NCBI GenBank assembly: GCA_903908605.1
Contig: CAIVSQ010000264.1
Span: 494-64,493 of the forward strand
From: an uncultured Anaerolineae bacterium
GTDB taxonomy: Bacteria; Chloroflexota; Anaerolineae; Anaerolineales; Villigracilaceae
DNA: 64,000 nt
Reading direction: 5' to 3'
How positions within the stretch are numbered: the stretch's first letter is position 1; each line of letters opens with the position of its first letter. Under the pieces are notes generated by a model. It saw only the letters and a program-made list of their open reading frames with translations. It was not told where the DNA came from and made no database searches. Positions 45,939 to 55,259 of the stretch are shown piece by piece. The translations under genes were made by a program, and so were the position numbers.

Positions 45939-46616
45939 CTAATTGCTGCTTTTTTGTGGGACCTGGGGGATGATCCAATTGATCAGGGCTTGTGGTGAAC
46001 GGGTCTGAATATAGACACGCCCAGGGCCAGTCATTTCTACGACCAGGCCTTCACCTGAAAGGAAGGTGGATTTCATGTTACCAACAGTTTTTACCTGTAC
46101 ATCCATACTGCCATCAAACGCCACCAGGTGGGTCGTATCAACAAAGTATTTTTCGCCTTGAGCCAGGGTCTTCTCGTAAATTGCGCCGTAGGATGAAACC
46201 AGCATTTTCCCTGCCCCGATGGCTTCCAGCATCGAAACACCTTCTCCAGCTTTGAAAGCTTTGCTGCTGAACTTGGTCGAAAGATCAATTCCATCCGAAG
46301 AAGCCAGGTAGGACCCAGATTGGACCATGACCGGTGATCCGGTTAGTTCTATGGTGATAATGTCACCGGGCAGGTCGGGAGCGAGGGTTACATCGCCGCC
46401 CTGTGGGCCGGCTTTCCAGAAATTTTGAAAGAAGGATTCGCCACCCAACACTGCACGTCCGAGGGATTTTAAGAAGCCGCCTTCGGCCTTGGTTTCGACC
46501 TCTACGCCAGCAGAAAAGCTGACCATGGCGCCGGAATCAGCGCGAACACGTTCATTGGGAGCCAATTTAACAATGGCTAAAGAATAAGAAGGGCGGAATT
46601 GAATATCAATATCCAT
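45939..46616 (-). CDS. AIM24 / TIGR00266 family protein
   Basis: Beta-rich 225-aa protein. The N-terminal block YSLAIVKL..ERVRADSGAMV and the GxG-rich repeats are typical of the AIM24 (DUF124) family. Confidence 0.7.
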   Translation of the reverse strand: MDIDIQFRPSYSLAIVKLAPNERVRADSGAMVSFSAGVEVETKAEGGFLKSLGRAVLGGESFFQNFWKAGPQGGDVTLAPDLPGDIITIELTGSPVMVQSGSYLASSDGIDLSTKFSSKAFKAGEGVSMLEAIGAGKMLVSSYGAIYEKTLAQGEKYFVDTTHLVAFDGSMDVQVKTVGNMKSTFLSGEGLVVEMTGPGRVYIQTRSPQALINWIIPQVPQKSSN

Positions 46617-46829
46617 ATTAATATCTCCTGTTTACAATCTGTGTGATGTTGAGAATAGGATGTTCGTGGATTTAGTCCCTACAGGCGTATATTTTACTCC
46701 AAATACAATCAAATTTATCGTAAATATGTAATATCACAGCACCAACCTGCATTCTGACGAACTTTATTTTCTTCCTCCAAAAAATGGTAATATATATTTA
46801 TCCCAAATTATTTTGATTGGAGCGCTCTG

Positions 46830-47294
46830 ATGAGAGAATACACCCGTACCTCACGCGCATGTACTTTGAAAGATTTGCACCCCGGGTTGAGGAGCGCTAT
46901 CCTGGAATACACAGCCTCGCACAGCCTGGCTGGGATCGATGATTCGCACATATGCTGCGAAACCACATCCATCAAAGTGAAGCGAGGTTTGTTTGGCGGT
47001 CGGGCTGAGACCCTGGTCAGCGCAGCCCTGTGTACTCCCGCATGGTTGGTTTGGGCCTTCTGGAAAGATGGCCGTGACCAGGGTGTTCGCTCTGCCAGGT
47101 TGCGAGACATCCAGGTGACTGATTACGAAGGCAGCCAGAATTACCAGTTGATTGAGGATACCGGCCTCGTCATTGATGGCATCGACCCGGTTGATGGCCA
47201 GTCCGGCAGTGTTTTTATTGGACTTGGCATCGAATCTGCTGCATTGAGTTTCCGAGCCCGGCTGGGTGAGATGGTTTTAATAGCCCGGGGCTGA
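46830..47294 (+). CDS. Hypothetical protein
   Basis: The ORF has a GGAG upstream and coding-like composition. I recognise no family. Confidence 0.4.
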   Translation: MREYTRTSRACTLKDLHPGLRSAILEYTASHSLAGIDDSHICCETTSIKVKRGLFGGRAETLVSAALCTPAWLVWAFWKDGRDQGVRSARLRDIQVTDYEGSQNYQLIEDTGLVIDGIDPVDGQSGSVFIGLGIESAALSFRARLGEMVLIARG

Positions 47295-47358
47295 GTATGA
47301 AATTGTTTTTATCTATGCATTTCCTACGCTCTTTCTACATTCTTCGGAAATCTGGCAG

Positions 47359-47919
47359 ATGAACCTTGGGTTGTTGTTCGCCATTGTTTTGTTGATTGCC
47401 GGTCTTTTCTGGTGGCTTGTGCCTATTCTTACCGGGCTGCCCTGGCGCCCAACTTCTGCTCCGCGCACCCGACGCGCGCTTGAGATGGCTAAGGCTCGCC
47501 AGGGGGAGCTTTTTTTTGACTTGGGAGCCGGGGACGGTCGGGTTTTACTGCTGGCTGCCCGCGAATTTGGTTTGTCCTCGGTGGGGGTTGAGATTAGCCC
47601 ACTGCATTGCCTGCTTGGCTTGTTGTTTGCCAGGTTGGCAGGTATGCAGGAGCAGGTCAAGATGGTCTGCGCTGATTTTTACAAGGCGGATTTAGGCGAG
47701 GCGGATATTGTTTTCGCTTATATGACCTCTGCGCAGGTGGCCCGCTTGAAACCTTTCCTGGCAGGTTGTTTGAAACCGGGGGCGCGTCTGGTGACCATTT
47801 CTTTTGATATGGATGGCTGGGAACCACGTGAGGTGGACCGAGATCTGCTCATTTTCCTTTATGAGATGCCGCCTACACCGGGCAGCCTCGAAAGTTATTT
47901 ATCAAAAAACTTGGATTAG
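47359..47919 (+). CDS. Membrane-anchored class I SAM-dependent methyltransferase
   Basis: N-terminal TM helix, then motif I FFDLGAGDGRV. Confidence 0.7.
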   Translation: MNLGLLFAIVLLIAGLFWWLVPILTGLPWRPTSAPRTRRALEMAKARQGELFFDLGAGDGRVLLLAAREFGLSSVGVEISPLHCLLGLLFARLAGMQEQVKMVCADFYKADLGEADIVFAYMTSAQVARLKPFLAGCLKPGARLVTISFDMDGWEPREVDRDLLIFLYEMPPTPGSLESYLSKNLD

Positions 47920-48144
47920 TTCTCACCATAATTACATCAGAGCTCAGACGTGTGCGGTAAATGGTTGGGAAGCCAGCCACATGAAACCCGGCATGTGGTT
48001 TGAAAAATTTAATAAGGTATAATCTTATAGGACGGTGGTTACGCCGTCCCCAGACTAATCATCTCAGCAGTCCGCATTTGTTTTCCTTTGAGCCTTCGCT
48101 CGATCCCCCGACACACGCCTGACTCCTGAAGACAAGGAATATTT

Positions 48145-49419
48145 GTGAGTTTTAACCAGTTTAACCTGGATCCCCGCCTGATGGTTGGGATCAATCGTTC
48201 CGGCTATGAAATCCCAACACCCATCCAATTGGCAGCCATCCCGGCCGCTTTAGAGGGTAATGACCTGATCGGCACGGCTCAAACCGGCACCGGTAAAACC
48301 GCTGCCTTTGTTTTACCCATCCTGCACCGGCTGTTGAATGGCCCGCGTCGTGTGGCACGCTCCCTGATTGTTACACCCACTCGCGAGCTTGCTGAGCAAA
48401 TCAACGACACCATTCACGAACTGGCGCACGGCACCCAGATCCGCAGCGCAACCATTTATGGTGGCGTAGGTCCCGCCCCTCAGGTTCGCGCCTTGCGCGA
48501 AGGTGTCGAAATATTGGTGGCCTGCCCTGGTCGTCTGCTTGACTTGATCGCCCAGGGGCATGCCCGCTTGGGTGGAATCGAAATCCTGGTGTTGGATGAG
48601 GCCGACCGGATGTTTGACATGGGCTTTCTGCCGGATGTCAAGAAAATTATCAAAGCTGTTCCACCTCGCCGTCAAACACTTTTGTTTTCCGCCACCTTCC
48701 CCAAAGAAATTGAGGAATTGGCTTCCATGTCCTTGCACGAACCCAAACGCATCAGCTTAGGTATCAGCCGGCCTGCGCAGACCGTCAGGCATGCGTTATA
48801 CCCGGTTCCCCAACATCTGAAGACTGGCTTACTGCTGGCCTTGCTGCGAAAGACAGATACCGATTCGGTCCTGATCTTTACGCGTACCAAGCATCGTGCT
48901 GAGCGCCTATCAAACCAGGTGGCTCACGCTGGTTTCAGGGTGACCAGTCTGCACAGCAACCGCTCGCAGAATCAACGCCAGGCCGCCCTGGGCGGTTTCA
49001 AAACTGGTCATTTTCAGATCATGGTTGCGACCGATATCGCCGCGCGTGGTTTGGACGTGGAAAGCATTTCTCATGTGATCAATTTTGATATGCCGGACAC
49101 TCCCGATGCGTATATCCATAGAATAGGCCGGACTGGCCGCGCGGAACGTAGTGGTGACGCTTTTACGCTGGTGACACCCGAGGATACGGATATGATCCGC
49201 ACCCTTGAGAAAATTATGGGTTCACCGCTTGCGCGCGAAAACCTGGCCGAATTTGACTACAACCAGCCAGCTCCCCCCAAGCCCGCCACAGTTGTACACC
49301 CCACGCATCATTCTCCTGGCGCAAGGCATGTTCCTGCCAATGAAAATCATGGCAGCAAAACGCCCAACCCGCATAACCCCAGGAAAAATACCCAGGCTCC
49401 GCGCGGGCGCACACGCTGA
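48145..49419 (+). CDS. DEAD-box ATP-dependent RNA helicase (RhlE-like) with a basic C-terminal tail
   Basis: A Q-motif region, AQTGTGKT (I), PTRELA (Ia), DEAD (II), SAT (III) and HRIGRTGR (VI). GTG start. Confidence 0.9.
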   Translation: MSFNQFNLDPRLMVGINRSGYEIPTPIQLAAIPAALEGNDLIGTAQTGTGKTAAFVLPILHRLLNGPRRVARSLIVTPTRELAEQINDTIHELAHGTQIRSATIYGGVGPAPQVRALREGVEILVACPGRLLDLIAQGHARLGGIEILVLDEADRMFDMGFLPDVKKIIKAVPPRRQTLLFSATFPKEIEELASMSLHEPKRISLGISRPAQTVRHALYPVPQHLKTGLLLALLRKTDTDSVLIFTRTKHRAERLSNQVAHAGFRVTSLHSNRSQNQRQAALGGFKTGHFQIMVATDIAARGLDVESISHVINFDMPDTPDAYIHRIGRTGRAERSGDAFTLVTPEDTDMIRTLEKIMGSPLARENLAEFDYNQPAPPKPATVVHPTHHSPGARHVPANENHGSKTPNPHNPRKNTQAPRGRTR

Positions 49420-49425
49420 AATTCC

Positions 49426-49456
49426 ACCCCATCCCTAACCAGGATGGGGTTTTTCT
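49426..49456 (+). terminator. Rho-independent terminator after the helicase gene
   Basis: ccccatcc-ctaacca-ggatgggg followed by tttttctt. Confidence 0.55.
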
Positions 49457-49569
49457 TGTAATCAAATGTGTTTCGGGTTTGTTGTGTATACACGGTTGTA
49501 GAAAAGCGGTATAAAATTAATCCATCGCAACTAAAATCTGCTCTGTACCAGCTGGATGGGAAAAGGCCT

Positions 49570-50313
49570 ATGTTTACGTTGAAGCATTTGTTGTTAGGCA
49601 GGGTGGTGGATGTTGTCTTAAGTGATAAGTCAGGCCGAATTTACCTGGCGCTTAATGCGGAGGATGGCTTGGGCAGTCCGGGTTACCTTTTGCCCCTACT
49701 TTGTCCTGTTTGCGGGCAGTCCTGGCATTTTGTCTGGAATGACAGCCCTGAGAAATTGGCTGAAACCTTGCGTGAAGCGATGAAGGGTTTTCAACTTGTC
49801 TTTTTACAATATTTTGCCCGTACCAGTTCTGAAAATATTGCCTCGGCAATGAATCTTGCGTCGTTGGGGGCTGGGCCATCCGAAATATTAATCGAAAACG
49901 CGGCTGATCATCTTGACGAACAGGCTGTCTTCCCGGTTATTAGTCTATCCTTTGAAAAGCGGGTCCCATCTTCCTTCCCTACGCCTGAGGAACTCAGGGC
50001 GATGCCTGCCCACGAGGTGCGCGAATTGCTGGACCTGGATTCCACCGATAGTGTTGAGGATGCAATTCTGGGGGTGGCAGAATGGATGGCTGATGAGGAT
50101 TATGAGGACTTCGATATTGATGATGATATTATGCTGGTGGTACATCCAAGCGCCGTCCTGGACGCTGTGATTGTCGAGCCAGATTACCTCGATGAAGACT
50201 CGCAGGAGCTGGATTACAAATCTGCCCTTGATGAAATGGAAAGCATTGATTTAGAGGATATCTTTTCAAACGCGGATGATTTTGACCTGGATGATCAGGC
50301 CAGGATGGAATAA
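49570..50313 (+). CDS. Hypothetical protein with a very acidic C-terminal half
   Basis: ORF taken from the ATG at 49570. The D/E-rich tail reads DEDYEDFDIDDD...DDFDLDD. I recognise no family. Confidence 0.45.
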   Translation: MFTLKHLLLGRVVDVVLSDKSGRIYLALNAEDGLGSPGYLLPLLCPVCGQSWHFVWNDSPEKLAETLREAMKGFQLVFLQYFARTSSENIASAMNLASLGAGPSEILIENAADHLDEQAVFPVISLSFEKRVPSSFPTPEELRAMPAHEVRELLDLDSTDSVEDAILGVAEWMADEDYEDFDIDDDIMLVVHPSAVLDAVIVEPDYLDEDSQELDYKSALDEMESIDLEDIFSNADDFDLDDQARME

Positions 50314-50403
50314 ATCACATTAATTTATTCTCAAAGAAAACCCAAACGGGTCTTAATGCTATAATCCCCCTTTAAAATTCGAACCAAGAAAGATCATAGA
50401 TCA

Positions 50404-51330
50404 ATGAATTTTCTAATCACCGGCGCGGCTGGTTTCCTGGGCTCCGCACTCGCAAACCAATTATCACGTGAAGGACACCAGGTGCGTGGTCTCGATGACC
50501 TCTCGACGGGTGACCCGAAAGTGTTGTCTGCGGATGTTCATTTTACGCGCGGCGATGTCAACGATCGTCCGAAGTTGTGGACCTTGCTGCAGGAGGTGTA
50601 TTGTGTTTATCACCTGGCGGCCAGGGTATCGGTGCAGGAATCGATCCTTTACCCCCGCGAATACAATGCGGTCAACGTCGGTGGGACGGTTAGTCTGATG
50701 GAAGCCATGCGGGATGTTGGCGTTCGGCGGGTGGTGCTGGTTTCATCCGGGGCGATTTATGGTGATCAGGGCGAACAGCCCTTGCGTGAGAGCATGGCGC
50801 CCAACCCGCGTTCACCTTATGCGGTTTCCAAATTGGCGGCTGAGTATTATATGAATACCATTGGTGACCTGTGGCAGATCGATACGGTTAGTTTGCGCGT
50901 TTTCAATGCCTACGGACCCGGGCAGCATTTACCGGCTTCACACCCGCCAGTTGTGCCATTTTTTCTCAGGCAAGCCATTCATAAAGGTTCCATTGTCGTG
51001 CATTCGGATGGTAACCAGACACGTGATTATGTATATATAGATGATGTCGTTTCTGCCATGGTGGCAGCTTCCACTGCGCCCAATATGGATGGATTGGTGA
51101 TTAATATCGGCAGTGGACGCGAGACTTCAACTCGCGACTTGGTGAAATCCGTCTTTGATGTAACTGGTGCTCGTGCGGAAGTTATCTATAACCCCAAAAC
51201 CTCAGGTGGGGTCTCGCGCATGTGTGCTGATATATCGTTGGCTGCCCAAAAATTGGGGTACAAATCTTCCATTTCCCTCGAAGAGGGTTTGCGTATGACA
51301 CTCCAGCGTGATCCACGCTTTAATGTATAG
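50404..51330 (+). CDS. NAD-dependent epimerase/dehydratase (extended SDR, UDP-sugar 4-epimerase-like)
   Basis: TGAAGFLGS Rossmann motif and YAVSK (the YxxxK catalytic motif). Confidence 0.85.
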   Translation: MNFLITGAAGFLGSALANQLSREGHQVRGLDDLSTGDPKVLSADVHFTRGDVNDRPKLWTLLQEVYCVYHLAARVSVQESILYPREYNAVNVGGTVSLMEAMRDVGVRRVVLVSSGAIYGDQGEQPLRESMAPNPRSPYAVSKLAAEYYMNTIGDLWQIDTVSLRVFNAYGPGQHLPASHPPVVPFFLRQAIHKGSIVVHSDGNQTRDYVYIDDVVSAMVAASTAPNMDGLVINIGSGRETSTRDLVKSVFDVTGARAEVIYNPKTSGGVSRMCADISLAAQKLGYKSSISLEEGLRMTLQRDPRFNV

Positions 51331-51336
51331 ATAGGA

Positions 51337-52398
51337 ATGAACAGGATGAAGATACTATCTTTTGGAGCTGGTGCTATTGGTACCTATATTGGTGGCTCTC
51401 TTGCCCTGGCGGGGCACGAACTGGTTTTCATTGAAACCCCGCAAGCTGTCGAATACCTGCAAACCTTAGGATTGAAATTAAACCTGGGGTTAGACGAACG
51501 CCGAAAAGGTCAGGCAGAATTTCAGCTTCAACGGCCAACTGTACATTTTTGCTCATCCATAGAAGAAGCCCTCAATCATGGCCCGTTTGATGTGGCTATC
51601 TTTGCCCTAAAATCCTTTGATACCCAGGCGGCCCTGGAAGGAATGCGTTCGTATGCCGGGAGCTTGCCTCCAGTGCTTTGTTTGCAAAATGGCATCGACA
51701 ACGAGCCTGCAATTGCCGGCTTACTGGGTGAAGGAAAAGTCATTTACGGAACTGTTACTTCAGCGGTCGGGCGGCGAGGAATTGGCGATATCATTCTCGA
51801 AAAACTGCGTGGGGTGGGCGTAGGCGCTGGTCATCCCCTTTCTGAACGCCTGGTCGAAGCCCTGGATGGGGCTTTTCTGAATGCGAAGTTGTTTGCCAAA
51901 CCGGCGGATATGAAATGGTCAAAAATGTTGACCAACCTGCTGGCCAACCCCACATCGGCAATCCTGAATATGACTGCTGCAGAAGTTTTTGCGCACGATG
52001 GTCTTTACCGTTTGGAGATTGACCAGTTGAGTGAGTGCCTGGCGGTGATGAAGGCCCATGGAATTGGTGTGGTGGATTTGCCGGGTACTCCTGTGCGCGC
52101 ACTGGCCCTGGCGACCAGGTTGCCAACCTGGCTCTCAAAGCCATTTTTAAGTAAAGCCGCCGGGGCTGGGCGGGGTGCTAAAATGCCTTCATTCCATATT
52201 GATCTGCACTCTGGTCGTGGAAAAAGTGAAATTAGCTACCTGCACGGTGCTGTGGTGCGCGCTGGTCAAAAAGCTGGTGTGCCAACCCCTGTCAGTCGCT
52301 TACTGACTGAAACCTTGCTTGCAATGACAGCTGGTGAGCTGCCGCTCGACGCTTTCTCTCACCAACCCGAAAAATTATTAAATCGCTTAGGAAAATAA
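51337..52398 (+). CDS. panE: 2-dehydropantoate 2-reductase family (PanE/ApbA)
   Basis: KILSFGAGAIG N-terminal Rossmann motif and the ApbA C-terminal helical domain. The start could be the ATG at 51346. Confidence 0.75.
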   Translation: MNRMKILSFGAGAIGTYIGGSLALAGHELVFIETPQAVEYLQTLGLKLNLGLDERRKGQAEFQLQRPTVHFCSSIEEALNHGPFDVAIFALKSFDTQAALEGMRSYAGSLPPVLCLQNGIDNEPAIAGLLGEGKVIYGTVTSAVGRRGIGDIILEKLRGVGVGAGHPLSERLVEALDGAFLNAKLFAKPADMKWSKMLTNLLANPTSAILNMTAAEVFAHDGLYRLEIDQLSECLAVMKAHGIGVVDLPGTPVRALALATRLPTWLSKPFLSKAAGAGRGAKMPSFHIDLHSGRGKSEISYLHGAVVRAGQKAGVPTPVSRLLTETLLAMTAGELPLDAFSHQPEKLLNRLGK

Positions 52399-52409
52399 TT
52401 AAACAAACA

Positions 52410-54119
52410 ATGGACGATAACAAGGTCCGCTTCGCCAAACCGGCTGAAAATGTACAGGTTCATTTGCCGGATGGACGTACTCTCGAAGGAACGCGTGGCA
52501 GTAGTATGGCTGAATTTTTTAGCTGCCTCGCGTCTGAATTGACTGCGCCAGTGGTGGGTGTGGTGGTGAACGGTGAGTTGCATGAATTGACTTACCCTGT
52601 GCAGATGGAAGCCAATGTGCAACCGGTAACCATGGCAGATTCGGATGGGGCTCGCATCTATCGCCGTTCTCTCAACTTCCTATTGGAGGCGGCTTTTTAT
52701 AAATTATTCCCCGACGCTTATCTGACGATTGATCACTCGGTTGCATCTGGTGGGTATTACTGCCAGGTTCGCGAGCGCAAACCATTGACTCAAGCCGAGA
52801 TCGAGCGCCTTCAGTCCGAGATGCTTGATCTTGTCAGGCAGGATTTGCCCTTCAACCGGCGCGAAGTATCCATTGCAGAAGCAATCACGTATTTTGAGAA
52901 ACACCATTTCGGAGATAAGGTTCGTCTGCTTCACTACCGCTCCAAACCATACGTGACTTTGTACAATCTCGGTGACCATGTCGATTATCATCATGGCTAC
53001 ATGGTACCTTCGACCGGGTATTTAAAATGGTTCGCATTATCCAAGCTCAACGGTGGTTTCACCCTGCGTTTTCCGCGTCGACATTCGCCCACCCAATTGG
53101 ACCCAATCGAAGATTATCCACAATTACTCAACACCTTTCGGCAGTATGGAAATTGGCTGGAACGATTGGGAATCGAGAGCGTTGGCGCATTGGATGATGC
53201 CATCAAAGCCGGGCGAAGCCGGGAAATTATCCTGGTTTCTGAAGCGCTGCATGAACAACACATCGCCTTGATTGCGCGTCAGATATCCGAAAAACGCGAT
53301 AACGCCCGGCTGGTATTAGTTTCTGGCCCATCTTCTTCAGGAAAAACGACATTTTCCAGACGCCTGGCGGTCCAGCTGCTGGCACTTGGTCTTTCGCCGT
53401 TTGCACTTGAAATGGATAATTATTTTGTTGACCGCGAGCAAACCCCGCGTGATGAAACCGGCCAATTTGATTTTGAATCACTAGGTGCGCTCAACCTGGA
53501 TAAACTTGGCCGTCAGCTTCAGCAGCTCATTGCCGGAGAGGAAGTACAACTTCCACGTTACAACTTCAAGGAAGGGCGCCAACTTGAAGGTGACGTAGTA
53601 CGCCTGCGGCCTGGGCAAATCATCATCCTGGAAGGAATTCACGGGCTGAACCCGCGCCTGATTCCCGCCGCGCTCACCGACCAATCCTTTAAAGTTTATG
53701 CCTCCGCGCTAACGCAACTCAACCTCGATCGTCATAACCGTGTATCCACCACCGATTCTCGTCTTGTGAGGCGGATCGTGAGAGATGCACGGGAAAGAGG
53801 ATATAGCGCTACCCAGACAATCAATCGCTGGGAATCAGTCCGGCGGGGTGAAAAACTTCATATTTTTCCTTACCAAGAAAATGCAGATGTTATGTTCAAT
53901 TCTGCCCTGGCTTATGAACTTGCTGTGTTGAGCCCAATCATTCAACCACTGTTGCGCCAGGTGGCCCATGGAACACCAGAATATATTGAAACCAAGCGCT
54001 TATTGGCCTTCCTGGAGTGGTTCCAGCCCATGGACATGGAATGGGTGCCGGATAATTCCATATTACGAGAGTTTGTCGGCGGTTCCATCCTGAAAGACTT
54101 CAAAGTGTGGGGTGCTTAA
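52410..54119 (+). CDS. TGS / ThrRS-N-like domains fused to a uridine kinase/phosphoribulokinase-family P-loop kinase
   Basis: The N-terminal beta-grasp-like region (VHLPDG..LEG) is followed by a ThrRS second-additional-domain-like segment. It then has Walker A GPSSSGKTT and a PRK/uridine kinase-like body. Confidence 0.7.
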   Translation: MDDNKVRFAKPAENVQVHLPDGRTLEGTRGSSMAEFFSCLASELTAPVVGVVVNGELHELTYPVQMEANVQPVTMADSDGARIYRRSLNFLLEAAFYKLFPDAYLTIDHSVASGGYYCQVRERKPLTQAEIERLQSEMLDLVRQDLPFNRREVSIAEAITYFEKHHFGDKVRLLHYRSKPYVTLYNLGDHVDYHHGYMVPSTGYLKWFALSKLNGGFTLRFPRRHSPTQLDPIEDYPQLLNTFRQYGNWLERLGIESVGALDDAIKAGRSREIILVSEALHEQHIALIARQISEKRDNARLVLVSGPSSSGKTTFSRRLAVQLLALGLSPFALEMDNYFVDREQTPRDETGQFDFESLGALNLDKLGRQLQQLIAGEEVQLPRYNFKEGRQLEGDVVRLRPGQIIILEGIHGLNPRLIPAALTDQSFKVYASALTQLNLDRHNRVSTTDSRLVRRIVRDARERGYSATQTINRWESVRRGEKLHIFPYQENADVMFNSALAYELAVLSPIIQPLLRQVAHGTPEYIETKRLLAFLEWFQPMDMEWVPDNSILREFVGGSILKDFKVWGA

Positions 54120-54150
54120 GCCCTGCGCATCCATCTATGCGGAGAATGAC

Positions 54151-55089
54151 ATGAAGTTTCGTAATCCTTTGATCAGCCCTTCCACAGCAGCATTTTTAAA
54201 AGAAGCCCGCGCAACCCGCGGTTTTTCCAGCTTCGACTTTATTCACGGCTATATTTATGGCCGCTGGACCCATCTTTACATTGCCATTGGAACAGGCCAG
54301 CATCCGCTTGCGAAAAAATTAGCCCCATTTGCGGCCTGGGTGGAAGCACGCATTACCCATAACAAAAAATCACAAGATCCTGCCAATACCATCAGTATGG
54401 CAGATACTTATCATGGCAAAACCATGCCACGCGAGGCTGCAAAAAAGCTCGTGCTGGTCAATGAAGATATTAACCTGCCTGATTTGGAACAAGTGATCCC
54501 ATACAAACGTGCCCGCTCTATCATTCTAAAAAACCCTGATCATATCGTTGCGTTGGATTGCCCTTGTCGGTCTGCCAAGCCCAATCCATGCTTGCCGCTG
54601 GACGTATGCCTGGTGGTGGGTGAACCCTTTGCCAGCTTCGTAGTGGATCACAACCCCGGAAAGACGCGTTGGATTACGCGTGATGAAGCTGTGGCAATAA
54701 TTGACGCCGAGGATGCGCGTGGGCATGTTCATCACGCTTTCTTCAAGGATGCCATGTTGGGCCGATTTTACGCTATTTGTAACTGTTGTGCGTGCTGCTG
54801 TGGAGCCATTCATGCCCATCAAAATGGTACACCCATGTTGGCATCCTCGGGATATCTGGCCGGAATTGACGAGGATATGTGCACGGCATGTGAAACTTGT
54901 GCTGCATCCTGCCAATTCGGTGCTCTCGCAATTGGCAACTTGTTGATGGAAGTTGACCCTGCGAAGTGCATGGGCTGCGGTGTGTGCGTTGATAAATGCC
55001 CACAGGAAGCCATTGCCTTATATCGCGATGAGGGCAAAGGCGAACCCTTGGAAATATTTGCCCTGATGGAAAAAGCCGCTGCCCAGTAA
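54151..55089 (+). CDS. Cys-rich iron-sulfur protein with a C-terminal 2x[4Fe-4S] ferredoxin domain
   Basis: GGAGAA RBS. CPCRS, the CNCCACCCG cluster, and CTACETCAASC plus CMGCGVCVDKCP. Confidence 0.7.
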   Translation: MKFRNPLISPSTAAFLKEARATRGFSSFDFIHGYIYGRWTHLYIAIGTGQHPLAKKLAPFAAWVEARITHNKKSQDPANTISMADTYHGKTMPREAAKKLVLVNEDINLPDLEQVIPYKRARSIILKNPDHIVALDCPCRSAKPNPCLPLDVCLVVGEPFASFVVDHNPGKTRWITRDEAVAIIDAEDARGHVHHAFFKDAMLGRFYAICNCCACCCGAIHAHQNGTPMLASSGYLAGIDEDMCTACETCAASCQFGALAIGNLLMEVDPAKCMGCGVCVDKCPQEAIALYRDEGKGEPLEIFALMEKAAAQ

Positions 55090-55103
55090 GCCCTGGATTA
55101 GCC

Positions 55104-55147
55104 AATCCCCGGTGATGGAGATACCTCCTTGCCGGGGATTTTTTTTC
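55104..55147 (+). terminator. Rho-independent terminator
   Basis: aatccccgg ... ccggggatt followed by tttttttc. Confidence 0.6.
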
Positions 55148-55209
55148 TCTGCTGCTTGTCTTTACACAACCTTTACACAATGTTTGCATAATCCGTAAAT
55201 ATAAAAATT

Positions 55210-55259
55210 ACAATGTGAACAATAAAATAGTACAGGAGAGCAGAGAATGTTCACATTGT
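55210..55259 (+). promoter_or_regulatory. 12-bp perfect inverted repeat bracketing the RBS and covering the start codon of the polyferredoxin gene
   Basis: acaatgtgaaca (55210-55221) and tgttcacattgt (55248-55259) are exact reverse complements. The 26-nt spacer contains AGGAGAG, and the ATG is at 55247-55249. Confidence 0.4.

Noticed and set aside
48000-48023. A consensus TATAAT (48018-48023) with TTGAAA (48000-48005) as the helicase promoter.
   Set aside because: The spacing between the hexamers is only 12 nt, which is incompatible with a standard sigma-70-type promoter. The TATAAT alone may still be a -10 element, but it is not supported well enough to call. The stem-loop ggacggtggttacgccgtcc in the long 5' leader was noted, but I found no evidence of its function.
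55159-55180. The CTTTACACA motif repeated in tandem upstream of the polyferredoxin gene, and again near 56914 and 31527, as a dedicated regulator site.
   Set aside because: The core TTTACA is a near-consensus -35 hexamer. Its recurrence in several unrelated upstream regions is more economically explained as promoter elements. The tandem copy at 55159-55180 may still matter, but I cannot separate the two explanations from sequence alone.
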